Shown here piece by piece: positions 9,228 to 18,035 of a stretch of DNA of 64,000 nt; within the stretch, counting starts at the first letter, position 1, and every line of letters begins with the position of its first letter. The notes beneath the pieces were generated by a model that had not been told where the DNA came from, ran no database searches, and saw only the letters and a program-made list of their open reading frames with translations. The stretch covers positions 3,887 to 67,886 of the forward strand of contig JAVBNI010000007.1 of the NCBI GenBank assembly GCA_031551645.1, written 5' to 3'. A program made the position numbers and the translations under genes. The DNA comes from Bacteroidales bacterium (GTDB lineage: Bacteria > Bacteroidota > Bacteroidia > Bacteroidales > UBA4181).

Positions 9228-9632
9228 ATGAATTACTTTTTCGTTTCGGCAGGAATTTTCCTGTTTGTTTCCCTGTTTATCCACATGGTGGCTGGTGACA
9301 AGGAATATCGCAAACTGAATCCACGAAACCAAAGCGACAAATCCGGTAAAATGTTTGGATATTGGTTGATGGGACGCGGAACCTTCCGGATGGTCAGTGT
9401 AGATCTGTTATTGACTTCCGTTTTTATTTTTTTAATGGGTGTTAATGCAATTCCTTTCAATCTCTATTTATCGGTCTTCATATCCCTGCTTTACCTGGGA
9501 TATCTCGTATTTTGGCTATTGACTTTGTTGGTTTCAAAAGCCGGACGAATGAATTATCTCAACCAAGGGCAATGGATGTTGTTTCTAATCGCCTTCGTCT
9601 TGATTGTTCTAGGCATAAACTGTGCTTTATGA
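9228..9632 (+). CDS. Small integral membrane protein (4 predicted TM segments), function unknown
   Basis: Hydrophobic 134-aa ORF from the in-frame ATG at 9228. Its stop overlaps the next start (ATGA at 9629-9632). Confidence 0.6.
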   Translation: MNYFFVSAGIFLFVSLFIHMVAGDKEYRKLNPRNQSDKSGKMFGYWLMGRGTFRMVSVDLLLTSVFIFLMGVNAIPFNLYLSVFISLLYLGYLVFWLLTLLVSKAGRMNYLNQGQWMLFLIAFVLIVLGINCAL

Positions 9633-10153
9633 AAGTCAATAAAGTTGTTGTTGCGAAGACAGATTTGATCTCTCAATACCTACCTGGTAATTATAAAGAT
9701 GCTTTTGAATATGCATTTTACAGCAATCACAAAATTACGGCAGATGACTTTATGATCGCATTTTGGACAAATTCGCCGGGATGGGTAGAAAAACTTTTTG
9801 CATTGCGCGATTGGATGGTCAAACCGTTCGGTATTCAAACAGGAAGTGGCCGGAGCAGGGGAAAACTGGAAGAGGCAGTCAGAACCGGCGGAAGCTATGG
9901 ATTCATGAGTGTTGTTGCAAAATCGGATACCGAAACTGTGATCAGCGCCGACGACAAGCATTTGAAAATGTATTTTTCAGTTAAAATCGACGACCCGAAC
10001 GACGGACAAAAAAAGTTAACGATCAGTACCATCGTACATTTTAATAATTGGTTGGGATATGTGTATTTTTATTTGATTTATCCGTTTCACCTTTTGATTG
10101 TGCCGAATATGGTAAAATACTCATTGAATAAATTATTGGGAGCGCAGCAATAA
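9629..10153 (+). CDS. DUF2867-like protein (tentative)
   Basis: The ATG at 9629 gives MKVNKVVVAKTDLISQYLPGNYKDAFEY.. The ITADDFMIAFWTNSPGWVEKLFALRDWMVKPFG segment resembles my memory of DUF2867. The longer ORF from 9512 overlaps the previous gene and was rejected. Confidence 0.55.
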   Translation: MKVNKVVVAKTDLISQYLPGNYKDAFEYAFYSNHKITADDFMIAFWTNSPGWVEKLFALRDWMVKPFGIQTGSGRSRGKLEEAVRTGGSYGFMSVVAKSDTETVISADDKHLKMYFSVKIDDPNDGQKKLTISTIVHFNNWLGYVYFYLIYPFHLLIVPNMVKYSLNKLLGAQQ

Positions 10154-10541
10154 AGTTGGAATAGCTGAAAATATATCATGCTTGACACAATAACGACCTC
10201 TGAATTATACCACTCATAGTATAGTTTTATGCATTACAATTTGAGATTGCTTCGGCTAACGCCTACCAATGACAGATTTGCGTAAATCGCTGATTTTAAG
10301 ACAACCTGTCATAGCCGCATTATGCCACATTTTTTTGGGGTAGGCTCTCGCAATGACGACTGGCAACAGCGCGTTATTGCGAATCGCGAGGTACGAGCGA
10401 TGAAGCAATCCTATTTTGCACAAAACTTGACCGCGAGAGGTATAATAACATTCCAACCCAACATATTTTTCCGACACACAGCATTCAGACATATCACCAA
10501 AAATACGTACCTTGCGACAGTTTTTGCAACCAGGGTCAATC

Positions 10542-10576
10542 CTGTAATTGTTTGATAATTAAACACACAATTACAG
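10542..10576. promoter_or_regulatory. 10-bp perfect inverted repeat CTGTAATTGT-N15-ACAATTACAG, 47 nt upstream of the MFS gene
   Basis: Read directly: 10542-10551 pairs with 10567-10576. Confidence 0.4.
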
Positions 10577-10623
10577 AATTGACCTTTTTGCATGATTTTT
10601 TAATAAACAACCTGAACTAATAT

Positions 10624-11814
10624 ATGGCATCGACCATAACCACTTATAATAGCCGTCCCGCTCTGTGGACAAAAGATTTCTTGCTGGCTTTCGTCTCCAA
10701 CCTGTTGCTGTTTTTCTCTTTTTATATGTTGGTACCGGTATTACCGTTCTATCTGTTCGAAAATTTGGGAACCAGCGGTTCATTAGCCGGAATCGTATTG
10801 TCGCTGTACACTATTTCGGCGCTTATGATGCGACCTTTTTCGGGTTTCTTGGTCGATACGTTCAGCCGTAAACCATTGTACCTGATTTGCTACGCTTTTT
10901 TCTGTGTGATATTTGCCGGCTATGTAGTCGCCACCACGTTGACGCTATTCATTATCCTTCGTATCCTGCATGGCTTTGCTTTTGGCATCAGTACGGTAAG
11001 CGGGAGCACAGTGGCAGTGGATGTTATGCCATCAGAACGGCGTGGCGAAGGTATTGGTTATTATGGCATGGCCGCCAATATAGCAATGGCTGTGGGACCG
11101 GTAGCCGGATTATGGCTACACCACCATTACTCGTTCAATGTTGTGTTCCTGGCAGCTTTCGCTTCAGGTATTGTCGGTTTCTGTACCATTTTGCCAATCA
11201 GGCCTATTATAAAAGAACTTCCGCAACCCAAGCAGGCCTTATCGCTCGACCGCTTTATTTTGCTGAAGGGCTTGCCTTGTGTGGTGTTGCTTTTCTTTAT
11301 CGGTTTGGGCTATGGCACAGTAGTGAACTATATTGGGCTATACAGTACTTCATTGGATGCTCATGCAGGTATTTTCTTCATCTTCATTTCAGCAGGACTT
11401 ATCCTGGCACGTATTTTATCGGCACGTGCCATCAACAATGGAAAGATTGTCCAAATGATTTATGTTGGCGCCGGTATATTAATCGTCTCCTTTGTTTTGC
11501 TGGCTGTGTGCAACAGTCCGCTCCTACTCTATCTCACGGCATTTTTGCTGGGCGCCGGCATGGGATATACCAACCCGGCATTTCAAACCATGCTGATTAA
11601 CCTGGCCGAACACAATCAACGCGGCACAGCCAATGCTACTTACTACACCTTTTGGGATATGGGTGTAGGACTTGGTACCGCTATTGGTGGCTCCATAATC
11701 GAAAAATTGAATTTCGAATGGTTATACCTAATCTGCACCATACTAATCGTGCTGGGGTTGATTTATTACGGCTTAGTAACTGCCGGGTATTTCAGCAGAA
11801 ACAAATTGCGTTAA
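10624..11814 (+). CDS. MFS transporter (12 TM)
   Basis: 396 aa, uniformly hydrophobic. The MFS signature-like loop is MRPFSGFLVDTFSRKP. Confidence 0.85.
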   Translation: MASTITTYNSRPALWTKDFLLAFVSNLLLFFSFYMLVPVLPFYLFENLGTSGSLAGIVLSLYTISALMMRPFSGFLVDTFSRKPLYLICYAFFCVIFAGYVVATTLTLFIILRILHGFAFGISTVSGSTVAVDVMPSERRGEGIGYYGMAANIAMAVGPVAGLWLHHHYSFNVVFLAAFASGIVGFCTILPIRPIIKELPQPKQALSLDRFILLKGLPCVVLLFFIGLGYGTVVNYIGLYSTSLDAHAGIFFIFISAGLILARILSARAINNGKIVQMIYVGAGILIVSFVLLAVCNSPLLLYLTAFLLGAGMGYTNPAFQTMLINLAEHNQRGTANATYYTFWDMGVGLGTAIGGSIIEKLNFEWLYLICTILIVLGLIYYGLVTAGYFSRNKLR

Positions 11815-11914
11815 GCCATTGTAAAATTTTTAAGTTACCTTTACTGGATATTGATTCATTTTTTCAACTTTATTTCAGTTTTTAATCTGTAATTTGCAAA
11901 AAAATGGAGTTAAA

Positions 11915-12598
11915 ATGAAAATCCTGATTGTGGAAGATAAACCATCGTTGCTGGAAATCATGGAACGTTTCCTCGAAAAAGAGCGTTACGTGGTGGAAAC
12001 AGCGAAAACATTCCGGGAAGCATTGGAAAAAGTGTCTCTTTACGATTACGAATGTATCCTGCTCGACATCATGTTGCCCGATGGCAACGGACTCTCAGTT
12101 TTGCAGGAACTCAAAAAAATGCACAAGCAGGAAAATGTCATTATCATTTCGGCAAAGGACTCGGTAGATGATAAAGTTGCCGGATTAGAACTGGGTGCAG
12201 ATGATTATCTTGCCAAACCATTCCACCTGTCGGAACTCCATGCCCGCATCAAAAGTCTCATCCGCCGCAACCGTAATAATGGTGACATCTCTATTGATCT
12301 GGGTAATGTCAGAGTTGTTCCTGATAAGTTTGAAGTATACGTTAATAATCAAATTCTTGAATTAAACAGAAAAGAATACGATATCCTGAATTACTTCATT
12401 GTCCGTCCGGACCGGTTGGTTGATAAGACAACACTGGCCGAGGCTGTGTGGGGTGATCATATCGATCAAGTAGATAATTACGACTTCATCTATGCCCAGA
12501 TAAAAAATCTGCGAAAAAAAATGAATGATGCCGGTGCAACCATCGAAATTAAAGCCGTATATGGTTTTGGTTATAAAATGATCGTGGAAGAATTATGA
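11915..12598 (+). CDS. OmpR/PhoB-type response regulator (REC + winged-helix)
   Basis: MKILIVEDK..ILLDIMLPDGNG..ISAKD..KP plus a C-terminal trans_reg_C-like domain (EYDILNYF..GFGYKM). The start is taken at ATG 11915. Confidence 0.9.
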   Translation: MKILIVEDKPSLLEIMERFLEKERYVVETAKTFREALEKVSLYDYECILLDIMLPDGNGLSVLQELKKMHKQENVIIISAKDSVDDKVAGLELGADDYLAKPFHLSELHARIKSLIRRNRNNGDISIDLGNVRVVPDKFEVYVNNQILELNRKEYDILNYFIVRPDRLVDKTTLAEAVWGDHIDQVDNYDFIYAQIKNLRKKMNDAGATIEIKAVYGFGYKMIVEEL

Positions 12599-13866
12599 AA
12601 TTATCCTACCGCATAACATCGCGCTTGTCACTTGCTTTACTGACTGTTATAGCTGTATGGGCTTCGTTGTTTTACTTCATTATCGTGGAGGAAATTAATG
12701 ACGAAACAGACGATTCGTTGGAGGATTACTCGGAATATATCATCACCCGGGCATTGGCCGGAGAAACGTTACCATCAACGGATAACGGAACAAACAACAG
12801 CTACCACATTGAAGAAGTTACACCCGAATACGCCGTCCAAAGGCATGCCATACAATACCATGACGAAATGGTATACATCGAGTCGAAAAAAGAAACTGAG
12901 CCCGCCCGTGTCCTTACAACCATATTCAGTGATGCAGAAAACAGGCATTATGAATTGACTGTTTCCATCCCCACGATAGAAAAAGAGGATCTCCAGGAAG
13001 CTATTCTGCACTGGATCGTATTCCTTTACCTGGCTTTGCTGGTTGTGATCATTGGCATCAATTGGTGGATACTTCACCGGAGTTTCAAGCCGTTGTACTT
13101 TCTATTGAAATGGTTGGATCATTTCAGAGTAGAAAAGAAAATTACCGAACTCGATAACCCAACGAATATAAGTGAGTTTCGAAAACTGAATGAGGCAGTT
13201 ATCCGTAGCGCCCGCCGTAATATTGAAACATACGAGCAGCAGAAATTATTTATCGGACACGCTTCGCATGAGTTGCAAACACCATTGGCCGTTTGTCGCA
13301 ACCGACTGGAAATGATCTCGGAAGACCCGCAACTGAACGAAACGCAATTGGACGAAATCCTGAAAGTAAAACAATCGCTTGATCAGGCAATCAGACTCAA
13401 CAAAACGCTGTTGTTGCTCACGAAAATAGAAAATAATCAGTTTCCCGAAAAAAAGGAAATAACGGTGAACGGGATAATCAAAAAACTGGTAGAAGATTAT
13501 TCCGAAGTTTATGAAGGACGCCACATTGCAGCTTCATTGCAGGAAGACACCGCCCTAACCCTGAATATGAATGAAGCACTCGCTCTGATATTATTCGGCA
13601 ACCTGCTAAAAAACGCATATATCCATAATTGCGATCATGGATCTATACATATTCATATTACTACTTCACGCATTTCGATAACAAATACCGGAACCCCGGA
13701 AACCTTGGATGCCGCTGTTGTGTTCAACCGTTTCTCCCAAACCGTGAAAAAAGAAGACTCAACCGGGCTTGGTCTCGCGTTAAGTAAATCCGTTTGTAAG
13801 CTTTATGGAATGGATATCCGGTACGAGTTTGCAGATAAAAAACATATTTTCTCTCTTTTTCTTTAG
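12595..13866 (+). CDS. Sensor histidine kinase (2 TM, HisKA + HATPase_c)
   Basis: H-box FIGHASHELQTPLA, N-box LLKNAYIH and G-box GLGLAL. The start overlaps the RR stop (ATGA). Confidence 0.9.
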   Translation: MKLSYRITSRLSLALLTVIAVWASLFYFIIVEEINDETDDSLEDYSEYIITRALAGETLPSTDNGTNNSYHIEEVTPEYAVQRHAIQYHDEMVYIESKKETEPARVLTTIFSDAENRHYELTVSIPTIEKEDLQEAILHWIVFLYLALLVVIIGINWWILHRSFKPLYFLLKWLDHFRVEKKITELDNPTNISEFRKLNEAVIRSARRNIETYEQQKLFIGHASHELQTPLAVCRNRLEMISEDPQLNETQLDEILKVKQSLDQAIRLNKTLLLLTKIENNQFPEKKEITVNGIIKKLVEDYSEVYEGRHIAASLQEDTALTLNMNEALALILFGNLLKNAYIHNCDHGSIHIHITTSRISITNTGTPETLDAAVVFNRFSQTVKKEDSTGLGLALSKSVCKLYGMDIRYEFADKKHIFSLFL

Positions 13867-13930
13867 AATTTCATATTCTTTTCAGTTTTACCCCGGAACT
13901 TTGTTTCATAAACTTTAAAAATAAAAAATC

Positions 13931-14368
13931 ATGAAACGAAGTATTTTGTTATTAGCAGGTCTGATCGTGATGACCACCGCCGTATTTGCCGACAACGACA
14001 AAGCCATTACAATAAACCAATTGCCGGCAAATGCCAAGCAATTTATCGAAAAACATTTTTCAGATCTGAAAGTTTCCTACACGAAAATGGAAACTGAACT
14101 ATTCGACAAAAGTTACGAAATCGTCTTTGTAGATGGAAGTAAGATAGAATTTGACAAAAAAGGAGAATGGACGGATGTGGATTGCAAATTTACACAGGTA
14201 CCCGACGGAATCACTCCGCAACAAATCAAAAATTATGTAGCCGCCAATTACGAAGGCACAAAAATAGTCGAAATAGACCGTGACAAGCGTGATTATGAGG
14301 TCAAATTGAGCAACGGACTTGAGCTTAAGTTTGATTTGAAATTTAACCTGATAGAAATTGATCAGTAA
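13931..14368 (+). CDS. PepSY-like (DUF2874-type) secreted protein
   Basis: Signal peptide, 145 aa. Repeated LP..A..FI..HF / YEV.L.NG.EL.FD pattern. Confidence 0.7.
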   Translation: MKRSILLLAGLIVMTTAVFADNDKAITINQLPANAKQFIEKHFSDLKVSYTKMETELFDKSYEIVFVDGSKIEFDKKGEWTDVDCKFTQVPDGITPQQIKNYVAANYEGTKIVEIDRDKRDYEVKLSNGLELKFDLKFNLIEIDQ

Positions 14369-14371
14369 AAA

Positions 14372-15238
14372 ATGAAGAAAATGAAAAGATTATTTTTGAT
14401 ACAAACACTTGTCATATATGCGTTCATATTTTACGGATGTGAAAATGATGACAACCTTCATCCTGGAAACCAGACAGCCGAAAAGGCATTTACGTCAAAA
14501 TATCCCGATGCAACCCGGATTGACTGGGAAAAAGAAGGTGAATACTGGGTAGTCGATTTTTACAGTGACGCCAACGAAATGGAAGCTTGGTTTGGACAAA
14601 CCGGCGAATGGTACCTGACCGAAACCGACCTTCTTTTCAATGCGCTTCCTGAAGCAGTTCAAACTGCATTTTCGACCGGCGAATATCAATCGTGGCGTAT
14701 CGATGATATTGATATGATTGAACGAAAGGACATGGAAACAGTCTATGTATTGGAAGCGGAAAAAGAGAATCAGGAATACGATCTCTATTATTCGTCCGAT
14801 GGGACATTACTTAAAACCGTTGCCGATTCCTACGACAGTAACGATAATGGGAAGTATCTTCCCTCAACGCTTTCCGGGAAAATAACAGCCTACATTTTCA
14901 CCAATTATCCGCAGGCAAAAATATTGGAAACGGAGTCGGAGAAAGGTATGATCGAGGTAGATGTTCTTGATGGAACTATTCACCGGGAACTACTTTTCAA
15001 CACCGATGGAGAATGGATGTGCACCAGCATGCAAATCAATAAAAATTCTGTTCCCCAGACTGTCATGGATGTGCTTCGTGCATCCACTTATGCATCTTAT
15101 GCCATAGACGATGTTTACTACTGTGAGACACCGCAACGAAACTATTATTATTTTGAATTGGAATCCTCTTCCCGGGATGTTGAATTAATCGTCACTCTTG
15201 AAGGATCCATTGAAGTTGTAAAAGTTGAGAAGGATTGA
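14372..15238 (+). CDS. PepSY-like lipoprotein (duplicated module)
   Basis: Lipoprotein signal ..FIFYGCEND. 288 aa. The same module pattern as the preceding gene occurs twice. Confidence 0.7.
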   Translation: MKKMKRLFLIQTLVIYAFIFYGCENDDNLHPGNQTAEKAFTSKYPDATRIDWEKEGEYWVVDFYSDANEMEAWFGQTGEWYLTETDLLFNALPEAVQTAFSTGEYQSWRIDDIDMIERKDMETVYVLEAEKENQEYDLYYSSDGTLLKTVADSYDSNDNGKYLPSTLSGKITAYIFTNYPQAKILETESEKGMIEVDVLDGTIHRELLFNTDGEWMCTSMQINKNSVPQTVMDVLRASTYASYAIDDVYYCETPQRNYYYFELESSSRDVELIVTLEGSIEVVKVEKD

Positions 15239-15787
15239 TACAATGCAATATGGGGTTGTCTAAAATGAATTATTCCGCTATTGTTAGCTGTAATAAATCG
15301 AAATTCAGACAACCTCATATTTTATAAGCATTTTTTTAGCTTTGTCAAGATCAAAACATTAGGATAAGTAACCGAATCCTTTACAAGGAAACTATCTGGC
15401 GAAGAATTAACACAATGATCTCATTATAAATATAATATATACTGAGAAAACTTTGATGAAAAGAACGAACAAATGAGAAATGATCAAAATCGAACAACCG
15501 ATGCACCAAATCTGGATATTTTTCTTCTCCATATTTTATTATTAGTCTAATAAACAAAACCTTAATAGTTTGGCATACATATTGCGATATCCAAGACTAA
15601 ATAAATTGTTAATAATAAATGTCATGAGACCATTAGTATCATCATCAGTAAGAACGCGTCTGCGTAGACCGTTGAACTATTCAAGATTCTTCGTTTCAAT
15701 AATCAAAGTAGGTCATACATGGTATAAGGGCAACAATCTCCCGTAAACTTCGGGACGACATATTTAACTGACCCGTAAAGGGTTGAT

Positions 15788-15820
15788 AAGCAGGAATGAT
15801 CGTTCCTGCTTTTATTTTTG
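15788..15820 (+). terminator. Intrinsic-terminator-like hairpin AAGCAGGAA-tgatcg-TTCCTGCTT followed by TTATTTTTG
   Basis: 9-bp perfect stem plus a T-run, read directly. It lies inside the 700-bp gene-free gap, 120 nt before the AraC gene. Confidence 0.6.
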
Positions 15821-15941
15821 AATCATAAACTTTAGGTTATTGCTGTAAGAACATGATCTAAAAGGTCAAAATGGCTATAAAATTGGTCAAAAAGTAGAAT
15901 ATTACTTCTTTCTACAGCATTTTAGCATATTTTTGTAAAAA

Positions 15942-16832
15942 ATGGCCATGAGGAAAAATATCACACCTCTGAATTGGGAATCACTGTTGGAAACCTTTCC
16001 GGGAGTGGAATCGATCGATAAGGATTTTATCCTGTTCAACAGTATCAACATCCTGCCCATGTTCGAATACCCGTTTAAGCTTGATGTCACAGTTTCCATT
16101 ATTTGCATGACGGGGACCATTAAAGGATACATCAATCTGAATCCTTATACTACCAAAGCTCCCGGTCTTGTGATAATCCTCCCCGACCAGATTTTACAAT
16201 ACGAATATGTCAGCGACGATTTTTCAGGGCTTTATATCCTGATGTCGAAGCGTTTTTCCGATGGCCTGCTGTTGAATTTACAAGAACGGTTACCCCTGTT
16301 TTTCGCAATCAGCAACAACCCATCTATGCCTTTGACCAAAGAGCAGTTGGGCATCATGCTGGAATACTACCAGATGTTGCAAAAAACAGTACAAATGAAA
16401 GAAAACCCATATCGCCTGGAAATTGTCAAACATCTGATACATGCATTTTTCTACGGGACATACCACATTTTCCAGGGAGTATTTCACAACAGACCGGGAA
16501 GCAACAAAAAATCAAAACATGAGCTTTTGGTGGAAAAATTTATGAGTGATATACAAACTCATTACAAGGAACAACGAGGCATTGAATTTTATGCAGATAA
16601 ATTGTGCCTCACACCCAAATACTTGTCAAAAGTAGTGAAAGAAACCAGTGGTTTATCGGCCGGCGAATGGATTGACAACTATGTGATGCTCGAAGCTAAG
16701 GCGTTACTCAAATCCACGAACATGACGATCCAGCAAATCAGCGATAAATTAAATTTTGCCTCGCAGTCGTTCTTCGGAAAGTATTTCAAACGACACGTAG
16801 GAATGTCGCCGAAGGAATACAGGAGCGGATGA
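15942..16832 (+). CDS. AraC family transcriptional regulator
   Basis: C-terminal double HTH: YADKLCLTPKYLSKVVKE..TIQQISDKLNFASQSFFGKYFKRHVGMSPKEYR. Confidence 0.9.
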   Translation: MAMRKNITPLNWESLLETFPGVESIDKDFILFNSINILPMFEYPFKLDVTVSIICMTGTIKGYINLNPYTTKAPGLVIILPDQILQYEYVSDDFSGLYILMSKRFSDGLLLNLQERLPLFFAISNNPSMPLTKEQLGIMLEYYQMLQKTVQMKENPYRLEIVKHLIHAFFYGTYHIFQGVFHNRPGSNKKSKHELLVEKFMSDIQTHYKEQRGIEFYADKLCLTPKYLSKVVKETSGLSAGEWIDNYVMLEAKALLKSTNMTIQQISDKLNFASQSFFGKYFKRHVGMSPKEYRSG

Positions 16833-17013
16833 AAGCGTATCCTGTAAATTTTATTTTTTCGACATTGTAATTTGTTCCATCTATGCAAAATTTAATCCGA
16901 TCTCTTTTTTGTATAATCGATACTAAAGCTATTATTTCAATAAACCTGTAAATCAAATTTTTCCATTCTTTTTTATTTGATTGGGTTATTTTTTCAAAAA
17001 AAAGCAAAAAAAC

Positions 17014-17045
17014 ATTTAGTTTATAAAATAAACTAATTTATCTTT
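17014..17045 (+). promoter_or_regulatory. Composite operator-like motif TTTAGTTTATAAAATAAACTAATTTAT overlapping a -7 box TATCTTTG
   Basis: The motif recurs 25/27 identical at 17988-18014. The -7 box at 17038-17045 lies 26 nt before ATG 17071. Confidence 0.55.
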
Positions 17046-17070
17046 GTGCCATTATTAAAAATAATAAAAG

Positions 17071-17685
17071 ATGGAATCAAATTTAAATCACGAACAAAGC
17101 CTGACGCTCATCAATGAGATGATTAACCGGGCGCAGAACAATGTTCAAAAGGAACGGACATTCCCGATTATGTTTTGGGGATACATGGTGGCGACTGTGG
17201 CTATTGCCAATGCAATACTGATACATACATTAAACAATCCGAATCAATCATTCATGGTTTGGTTGGCTATGATCCCCGCTGCTGTGGTATCATATTTTAT
17301 TATTGATCGTCGGATTGACCGGACAGCATTGGTGAAGACACATATCGACAAGATTGGAGATCTTGTATGGAAAGGTTTTGGAATCGGCGCAGTAGTATTC
17401 ATAACAGCCACTTATATCATAGCATTTCGAACCAAAGATTTTCATGTAATGCTATTGATAAATTCTGTTATCATGCTTATGGTCGGGATATGCGAATTCG
17501 CCTCTGCTTGTATCTATCGCTATAAGCCTTGGTATTGGGTCTCATTGCTTTTTTGGACGGGGGCAATTGTATGTGCATTTTTACAAGTGGATTTGCAGTT
17601 TATCGTTCTTGCGGTGTGTATGATTTTGGGCTTTGTGGTTCCCGGTCATTGGTTAAACCGTCAGCAAAAGAAAAGTAATGTTTGA
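17071..17685 (+). CDS. Integral membrane protein (about 5 TM), function unknown
   Basis: 204-aa hydrophobic ORF. It overlaps the downstream winged-helix regulator gene by 8 nt. Confidence 0.7.
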   Translation: MESNLNHEQSLTLINEMINRAQNNVQKERTFPIMFWGYMVATVAIANAILIHTLNNPNQSFMVWLAMIPAAVVSYFIIDRRIDRTALVKTHIDKIGDLVWKGFGIGAVVFITATYIIAFRTKDFHVMLLINSVIMLMVGICEFASACIYRYKPWYWVSLLFWTGAIVCAFLQVDLQFIVLAVCMILGFVVPGHWLNRQQKKSNV

Positions 17686-17968
17686 AGAACTCGATCCTTT
17701 GTTGCATTCGCAGTTGCGGCTGGCGATTATGTCCATACTGATCAGCGTGGATGAAGCAGATTTTGTCTACCTCAAGGAACAGACAGGAGCTACTGCAGGT
17801 AACCTGAGTGTGCAAATTGAGAAATTGAAAGAGGCTGGATATATTGGCGTTAACAAATCCTTCCGGGGTAAAATGCCGTGTACCATATGCAGCATCACTA
17901 AAAAGGGAATTTCAGCTTTTGAAGCTTACACCAAGGCTTTACAGAGTTATATCAGCAAGAAAAGTTAG
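17678..17968 (+). CDS. Small winged-helix DNA-binding transcriptional regulator (HTH_34/MarR-like)
   Basis: 96 aa. LHSQLRLAIMSIL..ADFVYLKEQTGATAGNLSVQIEKLKEAGYI is the winged-helix pattern I associate with PF13601-type regulators. Confidence 0.75.
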   Translation: MFEELDPLLHSQLRLAIMSILISVDEADFVYLKEQTGATAGNLSVQIEKLKEAGYIGVNKSFRGKMPCTICSITKKGISAFEAYTKALQSYISKKS

Positions 17969-17987
17969 TTTATATTTTTTTTATTAA

Positions 17988-18015
17988 TTTAGTTTATAAA
18001 ATAAAGTAGTTTATA
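17988..18015 (+). promoter_or_regulatory. Second copy of the composite operator-like motif (TTTAGTTTATAAAATAAAGTAGTTTAT)
   Basis: 25/27 identical to 17014-17040. It ends 21 nt upstream of ATG 18036. An extra TAGTTTATA at 17966-17974 overlaps the regulator's stop codon. Confidence 0.55.
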
Positions 18016-18035
18016 TAAAATCAAAATCTAAGATC

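Noticed and set aside
9512-9628. Long form of the DUF2867-like ORF, starting at 9512
   Set aside because: It overlaps the 3' third of the TM-protein gene in another frame. The ATG at 9629 gives ATGA coupling and a sensible N-terminus.
10887-11885. ORFs 10665-10871, 10887-11600 and 11652-11885 in alternative frames of the MFS gene
   Set aside because: They are Cys/Arg/Trp-rich out-of-frame translations of a clear 12-TM gene.
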